DNA of 64,000 nucleotides, taken from positions 1,608-65,607 of the forward strand of contig CAZNCN010000008.1 of NCBI GenBank assembly GCA_964571635.1. The letters run 5' to 3'. Below the pieces are notes generated by a model. That model was not told the DNA's origin and did no database searches. It saw only the letters and a list, made by a program, of their open reading frames with translations. Positions 31,985-39,962 of the stretch are shown piece by piece. Both the position numbers and the translations under genes were made by a program. This stretch comes from an uncultured Ruminococcus sp. Lineage in GTDB: Bacteria; Bacillota; Clostridia; Oscillospirales; CAG-382. Each line of letters starts with the position of its first letter. The first letter of the stretch is position 1.

Positions 31985-33880
31985 ATGAAACTCAAAAAGC
32001 CAAGTACACTTATAAAAACGATAATAACAGAATTTCTGTGCGGCATGATCGCGGCAGGCGCGCCTATGCTTTGGGGTACTTATCCCTTTGGTATCGCATA
32101 TCTGATGTCGCTTGCCGCACCGTCACCGTTTGCACTTGCGGGTGCTGTGATAGGCTGCTTTTTTGGCGAAAGAAGTGTATGGGTTGGCATAATAAGCTGC
32201 ACTGCGTGCTGTGTTACGCATTATGCTTATATCAAGAAGATCGGCAATATGACGACCGCTACACGACTGCTGACTGCCGCTGCTGTCGGCGTGCTCAGCT
32301 CTTTTGAAGCATTTGGCGGCGAACGTGACACAAAGGGAATATTGCTGTTTGCCCTGTGCAATATTGTTTGTGCGACAGCCTTTTGCCTTGTCTTTATCAA
32401 ATTGCGCGGCTTGAAAAGGCAAAAGCGCTCTGTCAAAAACCTGTTACCTGCTGTGGCGGTATTTGTTGCGTCACGCTTTTTTGCCGATATACTGCTTTTT
32501 GATATTCCATTGTCCTTGCCCATAGGCGTGTTTGTAACGCTGCTTTATGCGCACAAAAAAGGCGGACTCTATGGGCTTGCATACGGATTTGCGTGCGGAA
32601 TCGCCTGCGGAGCGGCATCACTTGGCGCACTCGGAATAATCGGGCTGACTTATGCGATGTTCGATGACGATTCTCCGTTTCTGGCGGCGGCGCTGTCTTA
32701 TATGCTTGCACTGCCGTCGTATGCATACCTCGGCGGAGATGAGCACTTGACTGCCGCGGCAATAATGCTGCTCATGCCTGTGATAGCGTTTTTGATACTT
32801 CGCAGATATATCACAAAGCACAGGCGTGAGGAATATATAAAAATGCCCGTCGGTCTGTCGCTCGGACGGTTTGCGGCAGCGTTTTCGGCACTGTCGGGAG
32901 TTTTTTATGCTTCGGGTGATCCTGCGCTCGGCGGTATCGCTGCCGAATACGGCGGAATTGCAGGTATGCTTTCCGGCGCTGCCACAGAATGTGACCTGTC
33001 GCAGGTTCGCTCGGCAGAGCTTGAAAAAGCCGTAGGCGCTGCACTCGATGAAATGCAGGTCGTTCACGGCTCTGTAAGTATTGTGGGCAAGCGTGAAATG
33101 GTGATCGAGGTTGACGGCGTTCTGCCGTCAAGCGTGCCTGATTCTGCCGATGATATATCGCAGTCGATCGGTTCGGTGCTTTCGGCACGGTTTTCAGAGC
33201 CGGAGTTTATCATGAATGGCAGATGCGCCGTTATGAGGCTGACGAGCATTCCGCAGATACGCATAGAATATGCAAAATATCAGCTTTCTCGGGGCGGCGA
33301 GGAAGTCTGCGGTGATACTGTGGTTTGCTTTGAAACGCCCGACAAGCGCTTTTGCTGCGTGCTTGCAGACGGAATGGGCAGCGGCGACAGTGCCGCCGCA
33401 AGCTCGCATATTGCCGCAAAAATGTCAGAGAAATTGCTTTCGGCAGGTGCTGATCTGCGATCGCTTATATCCGCAATAAATCACGCTCTTGCAGAGCGCA
33501 GCGACGAGGTGTTCAGTACGCTCGATATGCTGATATGCGACAGGATGACTGCCGAAGCGACTGTCACCAAATCAGGTGCTGCACCATGCTATCTCTCACG
33601 AGGCGGCACTTGCAGAGTGATCTCGGCATCGACTCCGCCGCTCGGAATATTGTCGAGCGTTCAAAGTGCGGTGACTGACATTCATCTGCAAAAGAACGAC
33701 CTCTTGGTCATGGTTTCCGACGGTGTTTATCCGACAGACGGCGAAGATGCGCTGCCTGCTGTCATCGAGGCGGCAGGCGTGCTTACGGCAGAAAAAATGC
33801 TGGGCGAGGTCGTCGCATATATTTCTTCTCTCAAGACCTGCGGCGACGATATGACGGTTTGCGTTATGCGATTTTATTGA
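31985..33880 (+). CDS. spoIIE: stage II sporulation protein E (membrane PP2C phosphatase)
   Basis: Polytopic N-terminal half. C-terminal PP2C (VLADGMGSGDSAAASS...LDMLICD...LLVMVSDGV). AAAGGA RBS before ATG 31985. Confidence 0.88.
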   Translation: MKLKKPSTLIKTIITEFLCGMIAAGAPMLWGTYPFGIAYLMSLAAPSPFALAGAVIGCFFGERSVWVGIISCTACCVTHYAYIKKIGNMTTATRLLTAAAVGVLSSFEAFGGERDTKGILLFALCNIVCATAFCLVFIKLRGLKRQKRSVKNLLPAVAVFVASRFFADILLFDIPLSLPIGVFVTLLYAHKKGGLYGLAYGFACGIACGAASLGALGIIGLTYAMFDDDSPFLAAALSYMLALPSYAYLGGDEHLTAAAIMLLMPVIAFLILRRYITKHRREEYIKMPVGLSLGRFAAAFSALSGVFYASGDPALGGIAAEYGGIAGMLSGAATECDLSQVRSAELEKAVGAALDEMQVVHGSVSIVGKREMVIEVDGVLPSSVPDSADDISQSIGSVLSARFSEPEFIMNGRCAVMRLTSIPQIRIEYAKYQLSRGGEEVCGDTVVCFETPDKRFCCVLADGMGSGDSAAASSHIAAKMSEKLLSAGADLRSLISAINHALAERSDEVFSTLDMLICDRMTAEATVTKSGAAPCYLSRGGTCRVISASTPPLGILSSVQSAVTDIHLQKNDLLVMVSDGVYPTDGEDALPAVIEAAGVLTAEKMLGEVVAYISSLKTCGDDMTVCVMRFY

Positions 33881-33930
33881 AAAAAGCAACGCAGGAGCGA
33901 TGCACTCCTGCGTTGTGTTGCGCTATTTTT
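33881..33930. terminator. bidirectional stem-loop terminator
   Basis: 11-bp stem 33887-33897 / 33905-33915 (CAACGCAGGAG / CTCCTGCGTTG). The A-run is immediately 5'. The T-run (33924-33931) lies 8 nt beyond the stem on the plus strand, whereas on the minus strand the T-run abuts the stem. Confidence 0.6.
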
Positions 33931-34168
33931 TTAATGCCTGAACATTAAGCGCACCAAACTCGTTGCTTTTTTGATCGAGATAAACAAAAAACCAATAGGG
34001 CTCGAGTTTATTCTCAGGGGTGACCTTGAATGCGATATTATGCACTGTTGCATAGAAAATGCAATTGGCGCATTTTATATATCTTAATTTTATTTTGCAC
34101 AGTACCGCCAAATTTCGAGGGGGCACACGAGAATGACTCGCTTTTAACATATTCGCTGTGCAAGCTCT

Positions 34169-34183
34169 CGCATTTGAAATGCG
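34169..34183. promoter_or_regulatory. perfect 7-1-7 palindrome, candidate operator
   Basis: CGCATTT-G-AAATGCG, 13 nt upstream of the -35 at 34196. The same AAATGC/GCATTT half-sites recur at 34056-34076. Confidence 0.35.
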
Positions 34184-34195
34184 CTTTTAATTTAC

Positions 34196-34224
34196 TTGAC
34201 AACAGGGGGGCGTGGTGGTAAAAT
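34196..34224 (+). promoter_or_regulatory. near-consensus sigmaA promoter
   Basis: TTGACA (34196-34201), 17-nt spacer, TGgTAAAAT (-10 at 34219-34224), 50 nt upstream of ATG 34275. Confidence 0.7.
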
Positions 34225-34274
34225 CAAAAGTGATCAATATATGGTCAGAAAACAAAATTTCAGGAGGTCTTATC

Positions 34275-35210
34275 ATGTTCAGGATAGGCACAGTCAACAT
34301 AGACACTTCGCATGCGCCTGCCTTTGCCGAGATATTGCTCGGCGGCAACGACGCAAGATACACCGCCATATACAACGACGGCTTTCGCACCGACGACGAG
34401 GTCGACGCGTTTATAGCCAAGTGGGGGCTCGAAAAGAGATATTATGACCTTGCAGAGATGGCAAAAAACGTTGATATCGCTTTTATTCAAAGCTGCAACT
34501 GGGATAGGCATCTCGAGCTTGCACAGCCGTTTATAGATGCGGGCGTGCCTGTATTTATCGACAAGCCCATCGTCGGCTCGGTCAAGGATATAAACAAGCT
34601 GCTCTCGCTCGTCGACAAAGGTGCGGTCATTCTCGGCACTTCGGCGCTTAGATACACCTATGAGCATGACTCGTTCTTTGCTGTTCCCGAGGCGGACAGG
34701 GGAGATATCGTGCATGTTTCGACCATGGTCGGCGTTGACGAATTTAACTATGCCATTCACTCGATAGAATCCATCATGGGCTTTATAAAGGCAAGACCTG
34801 TTGCTGTCAGATTTTTGGGTGCTGCCGAAGTCAGCGGAACACCTGCCGAGAGCTTTTATGTCAGGTTTGACAACGGCGCTACCGCCTGCTATCATGTTTG
34901 CATGAAGGGCTGGCAGCCCTCTACGGCGCTTGTTCTGACCACCAAGACGAGCTATGCATATAAGATCGATACCAACAAGGTATATGAGGCTATGCTCAAA
35001 CGTGTCGTCAAGTGGCTCTGCGGCGACAAGGAAGGTGCAAGGCTTGCGACTCCCGACGAAATGTGCGACTCTGTGCGCATAATGCTTGCAGGCAAAAAGA
35101 GCCGCGAAAACGGCGGCCTCGAGATGCTTATAAGCGAGCTTAGCGAGAACGACAGCGGCTTTGACGGTTTTGCCTTTGAAGAGTTTTATGCCGCTTCTCA
35201 GAGAAAGTAA
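34275..35210 (+). CDS. Gfo/Idh/MocA-like protein with a degenerate dinucleotide-binding loop
   Basis: AGGAGG 7 nt before the ATG. Family pattern present (DIAFIQSCNWDRHLELAQPFIDAGVPVFIDKP...ALRY), but the N-terminus reads IGTVNIDTSHA instead of GxGxxG. Confidence 0.65.
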   Translation: MFRIGTVNIDTSHAPAFAEILLGGNDARYTAIYNDGFRTDDEVDAFIAKWGLEKRYYDLAEMAKNVDIAFIQSCNWDRHLELAQPFIDAGVPVFIDKPIVGSVKDINKLLSLVDKGAVILGTSALRYTYEHDSFFAVPEADRGDIVHVSTMVGVDEFNYAIHSIESIMGFIKARPVAVRFLGAAEVSGTPAESFYVRFDNGATACYHVCMKGWQPSTALVLTTKTSYAYKIDTNKVYEAMLKRVVKWLCGDKEGARLATPDEMCDSVRIMLAGKKSRENGGLEMLISELSENDSGFDGFAFEEFYAASQRK

Positions 35211-35221
35211 TATATAATATC

Positions 35222-35260
35222 AAAAAAATTCCCCTTTGACTGCCAAAGGGGAATTTTTGT
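35222..35260. terminator. bidirectional terminator between convergent genes
   Basis: AATTCCCCTTTG-actgc-CAAAGGGGAATT perfect 12-bp stem flanked by A7 and T5. Confidence 0.85.
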
Positions 35261-35269
35261 ATGCAAAGA

Positions 35270-36445
35270 TCAATCGATTATAAGAATTCTTCTGACGCCG
35301 TCTATTCTGCTCACTGCGGCGATGATGTCATCGGTGGGCGTTTCGGCGGTATCGAACACACTGACTGCGTTTGTGCCCTTGGCCTGTGAAATGAGCGTCT
35401 CGATGTTTATGCCGCAGGATGAGAACAACTGCGATATTTGAGCGAGCATACTCGGAATATTTGCGTGCAGAACAGTCATTCTGTGCTTTGCCGTCGGGGG
35501 CTCTGTTATCGACGGATAGTTTACGCTGTTGACGATGACGCCCTTTTCGAGATAATCGACAAGCTCGTTCGCCGCCATAAATGCGCAGTTTTCTTCTGAT
35601 TCGGGGGTCGATGCGCCGAGGTGAGGTATCGCAATAACGCCTTTGACGCCGAGCAGTTCGGCAGTCGGAAAATCGGTGACATACGAGGCTATCTTGCCGC
35701 TTTCGAGTGCCTGCTTGAGATCAGCTGCCACGACAAGATCGGCACGAGCCATGTTGACAAGCCTGACGCCGTCCTTCATTTTTGCGATAGTGTCGCTGTT
35801 TATCATGCCGCGCGTTGAATCGGTCGAGGGAACGTGCAGTGTGATATAGTCCGAAGCGGCATAAATATCGTCATAGGTGTCTGCCTTGACCACAGAGCGC
35901 GAAATACTCCACGCCGCTTTGACTGTCATATAGGGGTCACAGCCGATGACGTTCATGCCCAGCTTTGTGGCGGTGTTGGCGACCATACCGCCTATTGCAC
36001 CGAGTCCGATAACGCCGAGCGTCTTGCCGTAAAGCTCAGGGCCGACAAACTGCGACTTGCCCTTCTCGACCTGCTTTGCCGCATCGGGCTGTCCTGCTAA
36101 GGTAGTTGCCCAGTTTATGCCATCGACTATTCGCCTGCTCGAAAGCAGCAGTGCGGCTATCGTCAGCTCTTTGACACCGTTGGCGTTTGCACCGGGGGTG
36201 TTAAAAACGACTATGCCCTCTTCAGAGCAGCGATCGATGGGGATGTTGTTGACGCCCGCTCCCGCACGCGCTATCGCGAGCAGGTCTTTGCCGAACTGCA
36301 TAGAATGCATATCGGCACTGCGAACCATTATGCCTGCGGCATCTGCTGCTTCGGCAGAAATGTCAAAGCCGTGCGAAACAAGCACATCTGTGCCGAGCGT
36401 GTCTATTTTGTTTATAAGTGCAATTTTGTTGTTTGTATTCTTCAT
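35270..36445 (-). CDS. serA: D-3-phosphoglycerate dehydrogenase (with C-terminal ACT domain)
   Basis: 391 aa. 2-hydroxyacid dehydrogenase NAD motif GVIGLGAIGG, catalytic region, ACT-like tail. ATGA overlap with serC. Confidence 0.88.
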   Translation of the reverse strand: MKNTNNKIALINKIDTLGTDVLVSHGFDISAEAADAAGIMVRSADMHSMQFGKDLLAIARAGAGVNNIPIDRCSEEGIVVFNTPGANANGVKELTIAALLLSSRRIVDGINWATTLAGQPDAAKQVEKGKSQFVGPELYGKTLGVIGLGAIGGMVANTATKLGMNVIGCDPYMTVKAAWSISRSVVKADTYDDIYAASDYITLHVPSTDSTRGMINSDTIAKMKDGVRLVNMARADLVVAADLKQALESGKIASYVTDFPTAELLGVKGVIAIPHLGASTPESEENCAFMAANELVDYLEKGVIVNSVNYPSITEPPTAKHRMTVLHANIPSMLAQISQLFSSCGINIETLISQAKGTNAVSVFDTAETPTDDIIAAVSRIDGVRRILIID

Positions 36446-37515
36446 ATGTTCTCGCTCTCAAATCTGCGCATGAAGTCTATCAGCGCTTCTATTCCCGCGG
36501 CAGGCATTGCATTGTATATCGAGGCACGCATACCTCCGACAGAGCGGTGACCCTTGATGTTGACGAGCCCATTCTGCGCCGCCTCGTCACAGAATTTTTT
36601 ATCGAGCTCTTTGTCACCGGTTACAAAGCAGACGTTCATTATCGAGCGGAACTGTTTGTCTGCCGTCGGCTTGAAAAGAGCCGATGAATCGAGATAATCA
36701 TAAAGCATCTGTGCCTTGTGCTCGTTGATTCTTTGGCGCTCGGTAAGTCCGCCCGTCGAGAGCAGCCACTTGAATACGAGGCCTGCGACATATATCGAAT
36801 AGCAGGGCGGGGTGTTGTACATCGAGCCGTTGTCTGCCTGTATCTGCCAGTCGAGTAAAACGGGTGTCTCGGGTTTTGCGTGACCCAAAAGGTCTTTGCG
36901 CACTATGACGATGGTAAGCCCTGCGGGGCCGACATTCTTTTGCGCACCGGCATAAAGCACGCCGAATTTTGTGACGTCGATGGGCTTTGAAAGAATGCAC
37001 GAGGATACATCGGCGACAAGCGGAATATCGCCCGTGTCGGGTATCTTGTCATATTGCGTGCCGAATATCGTGTTGTTAAGACATATATGCACATAGTCGG
37101 CATCTGCGTCAAACTCTGTCACCTCGGGAACATAGGCATAATTGCGATCCTTTGAGTCGGCGAGAATATTGACTGTTCCGAATTTCTGCGCTTCTTTTGC
37201 TGCCTTGCCCGAAAACTGTCCGCTGACGATATAGTCTGCCTTGCCGTTTTGCATCAGGTTGAGAGGAACGGCAGAAAACTGCATCGTCGCGCCGCCCTGC
37301 AAAAACAGCACTTCATAATTGCTCGGTATCTGCATCAGCGTTCGCAGATCCTGCATTGCCTCGTCGAATATCTGCTGATACATCGGCGATCTGTGGCTCA
37401 TCTCCATGACCGACATTCCGCTTGAATGGTGGTCTGTCAGCTCACGCTGTGCGATCTCGAGCACTTCGAGGGGCAGCATGGAAGGCCCTGCCGAAAAATT
37501 ATAGACTCTTTTCAT
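36442..37515 (-). CDS. serC: phosphoserine aminotransferase
   Basis: MKRVYNFSAGPSMLPLEVL...GGMRASIYNAMP. GGAGGAAAC RBS before ATG 37515. The ORF-caller start at 37590 is the promoter's TTGACA. Confidence 0.92.
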   Translation of the reverse strand: MKRVYNFSAGPSMLPLEVLEIAQRELTDHHSSGMSVMEMSHRSPMYQQIFDEAMQDLRTLMQIPSNYEVLFLQGGATMQFSAVPLNLMQNGKADYIVSGQFSGKAAKEAQKFGTVNILADSKDRNYAYVPEVTEFDADADYVHICLNNTIFGTQYDKIPDTGDIPLVADVSSCILSKPIDVTKFGVLYAGAQKNVGPAGLTIVIVRKDLLGHAKPETPVLLDWQIQADNGSMYNTPPCYSIYVAGLVFKWLLSTGGLTERQRINEHKAQMLYDYLDSSALFKPTADKQFRSIMNVCFVTGDKELDKKFCDEAAQNGLVNIKGHRSVGGMRASIYNAMPAAGIEALIDFMRRFESENI

Positions 37516-37561
37516 ATCGTTTCCTCCTGCAAATTGGCATGTTTGTCTGCCGATTATCATC

Positions 37562-37590
37562 ATAATACTCTCAAGAGCCCCTCGTGTCAA
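37562..37590 (-). promoter_or_regulatory. sigmaA promoter of serC-serA
   Basis: Minus strand TTGACA (37590-37585), 17 nt, TATTAT (37567-37562). Confidence 0.65.
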
Positions 37591-37644
37591 TATAAAATAT
37601 GAGATTTATTTCAATTTGAAGGATAAATTCCGTCTTGCCAAAGG

Positions 37645-37673
37645 TTGACAAACCTGTTTTTGTGTGCTACAAT
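37645..37673 (+). promoter_or_regulatory. sigmaA promoter of the antiporter-MgtC pair
   Basis: TTGACA (37645-37650), 17 nt, TACAAT (37668-37673). Confidence 0.7.
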
Positions 37674-37750
37674 ACTCATTCAAAAAGGTATTATTGGCAT
37701 TTTATCTGCATATATAGATAAACAAAAGCCCGATTTTGGAGGTTTGCCTG

Positions 37751-39202
37751 ATGTTGGATCAACTTTATATAGATTTGGCGGAACGCTCAGGCGTTGCGCC
37801 TATTATTATTTCAATAGCAATTATGCTGATGTGCGGCTTTTTGATGACACGAATCACCAAAAAGCTGAGATTGCCGAACGTGACGGCGTATATCACGGCA
37901 GGCATACTGATAGGCCCGTTTTGCCTCGACCTCGTGCCGCAGAATATTATCGACGGCACAGAGTTTCTGACCGACATAGCGCTCGCATTTATCGCGTTCA
38001 GCACGGGCGAATTTTTTAAGCTTTCAAAGCTCAAAAACAGTATTCGCAAGGTTTTGGCGGTAACTGTTTTTGAGGCGCTTACGGCATCGCTTGCGGTGTT
38101 TGTACTCTGCTTTTGGATATTAAAACTCGACCTGTCGTTCTCTATCGTGCTTGCGGCGCTCGCTTCGGCAACTGCACCTGCATCGACAATGATGACTATA
38201 AGGCAGACGGGCGCAAAGGGCGAGTTTGTTGACACGCTGTTGCAGGTCGTGGCATATGACGACATAGTAGCACTGCTCGCATACAGCGTTTCGATATCTA
38301 TAGCCGTTACCTCGCTGACAGGCATGGCGTTCAGCTTTTCAAGCGTGGCACTGCCCGTCGCAAAGAATATCGGAGTGCTGGTGCTGGGCGGAGCATTCGG
38401 CTTTGTGATGAAGCTGCTGATTCACAAAAAGCGCTCGACAGACAACCGACTGATCATAGCGATAGCACTTTTGTTCGCTTTTTGCGGAATATGTGCCACC
38501 GTTGATGTTTCTCCGCTTTTGGGCTGTATGTCGATGGGCACGGTGTATGTCAATACCGCCGACGATGACAGACTGTTTAAGCAGCTCAATTATTTCAGCC
38601 CTCCCATATTGCTTTTGTTCTTTGTCAGATCGGGACTCGCCTTTGACCTGCACGCGCTCGTCAATCCGTCGGGTGCAATAGGCGGAGTATCGCTGCTTGC
38701 GGTCGGTGTGCTTTATTTTGTGGTGCGTATCGCAGGCAAATACATCGGCGCTTTTGTCGGAGCGGTCTGCTCGGGCTCATCACGCGAGATACGCAATTAT
38801 CTCGGACTTGCGCTTATACCGCAGGCGGGCGTAGCTATCGGAATTGCTGCCATGGGCGCAAGAATATTGGGTGGCGAAGCAGGCAATGCGCTCGAAACAG
38901 TCATACTTGCATCCAGCGTGCTGTATGAGCTCATAGGCCCTGCGTGCGCAAAGCTTTCGCTTTATCTCTCAAAATCCTATTCAACCAAGCTCGAGGACAT
39001 CGTTCCGCTCGAAACACAGAGCGAAGATTCCAAAAAGAACGACGTAGAGCTTTTGATAGAACGCATTCACAAGATCCAAGAGGAGCTGCGACAGGAGCAT
39101 ATAAGCGAAGAAGAGGTCGCTTTTACCGAAGCGGCTCAGGAACAGCTCGATGCCATCTCTGGCGTACACGCACATCTCATATCCGGAGGTAACAAAAAAT
39201 GA
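37751..39202 (+). CDS. cation:proton antiporter (CPA2/Na_H_Exchanger family) with an acidic coiled-coil-like tail
   Basis: About 12 TM segments. N-terminus ...MTRITKKLRLPNVTAYITAGILIGP is typical of Kef/NapA-type exchangers. GGAGG at 37738-37742 lies 8 nt before ATG 37751. Confidence 0.85.
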   Translation: MLDQLYIDLAERSGVAPIIISIAIMLMCGFLMTRITKKLRLPNVTAYITAGILIGPFCLDLVPQNIIDGTEFLTDIALAFIAFSTGEFFKLSKLKNSIRKVLAVTVFEALTASLAVFVLCFWILKLDLSFSIVLAALASATAPASTMMTIRQTGAKGEFVDTLLQVVAYDDIVALLAYSVSISIAVTSLTGMAFSFSSVALPVAKNIGVLVLGGAFGFVMKLLIHKKRSTDNRLIIAIALLFAFCGICATVDVSPLLGCMSMGTVYVNTADDDRLFKQLNYFSPPILLLFFVRSGLAFDLHALVNPSGAIGGVSLLAVGVLYFVVRIAGKYIGAFVGAVCSGSSREIRNYLGLALIPQAGVAIGIAAMGARILGGEAGNALETVILASSVLYELIGPACAKLSLYLSKSYSTKLEDIVPLETQSEDSKKNDVELLIERIHKIQEELRQEHISEEEVAFTEAAQEQLDAISGVHAHLISGGNKK

Positions 39203-39912
39203 TAGATCCTATCGCAAAAATACTGGGCGAATGGTCGCAGACACTCACCATAGGCGCAATATTGCTGAGAATCGTATTGTCGATATGCCTTGCTGCCGTC
39301 ATCGGCTGCGAACGCTCGAGCAAACGGCATTCGGCAGGTCTGCGCACTTTTATACTTATATCGCTCGCCATGACAGTAACCATGCTGCTTGACACCTATC
39401 TCGTTGCCGAGGGGCTGACCGACCTGTTTGTATTATCAGGCGCATCTGTGCTCGGTGCTGCCGTAATAAGCGTGCATTCGCTGATGGTAAACTCTCGCAG
39501 CCAGATCAAGGGATTGACCACATCGGCGGCTCTATGGGCTTGCGCCATCATCGGATTGACGGCAGGTGCAGGCTATTATACAGTCACGCTCGTCTGCTTT
39601 GTTGTGCTTTTGTGCTGCCTGTCTATACTGCCTGTGCTTGAGAGGTATCTCAAAGACAGATCAAACTATTTTGAGATACAATTAGAGCTCAAAAACAGTG
39701 CCTGCCTCAGCAATTTTGTCGCAATAATCAGGCGTCTGGGGCTCAAGATCGACGACATCGAAGCCAACCCAGCATACACCAATTCGGGCATAAGCGTTTA
39801 TTCGGTCTCGATATCGATAAACAGCGCAGAACTCAAGAAATATAAGACGCACACCGAGATAATCGAAGCGCTTCGCAGCCTCGACTATGTTACACACATT
39901 GAAGAAACTTGA
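39199..39912 (+). CDS. MgtC/SapB-family membrane protein
   Basis: LRIVLSICLAAVIGCERSSKRHSAGLRTF motif, 4-5 TM segments plus a soluble C-terminal domain. ATGA overlap with the antiporter stop. Confidence 0.85.
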   Translation: MIDPIAKILGEWSQTLTIGAILLRIVLSICLAAVIGCERSSKRHSAGLRTFILISLAMTVTMLLDTYLVAEGLTDLFVLSGASVLGAAVISVHSLMVNSRSQIKGLTTSAALWACAIIGLTAGAGYYTVTLVCFVVLLCCLSILPVLERYLKDRSNYFEIQLELKNSACLSNFVAIIRRLGLKIDDIEANPAYTNSGISVYSVSISINSAELKKYKTHTEIIEALRSLDYVTHIEET

Positions 39913-39962
39913 TTTAAAAAGCATAACAAAAAAGAACCACGCGGCTCTTTTTTGTTATATCA

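Noticed and set aside
33923-34150. 75-aa minus-strand ORF in the AT-rich island as a real small protein gene.
   Set aside because: There is no Shine-Dalgarno before its ATG and no convincing promoter upstream, and its sequence is unremarkable. It is kept only as a possibility within the intergenic-island finding.
34020-35240. XerCD dif site near the strand-switch point (candidates around 34028-34055, 34070-34100 and 35205-35235).
   Set aside because: The best by-eye matches to the Firmicute dif right arm TTATGTAAACT were only about 6/11, with poor left arms. This is not distinguishable from generic AT-rich sequence.
37516-37750. Riboswitch, T-box or other leader elements upstream of serC or the CPA2 antiporter.
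   Set aside because: The mapped -10 elements leave leaders of only about 40 nt (serC) and about 75 nt (antiporter). These are too short and lack T-box or ydaO-type conserved sequences.
39913-39962. Terminator between the MgtC-family gene and the convergent histidine-kinase gene (AGAACC-acgc-GGCTCT flanked by A/T runs).
   Set aside because: The stem is only 6 bp with an A-C mismatch, too weak to call as a feature.
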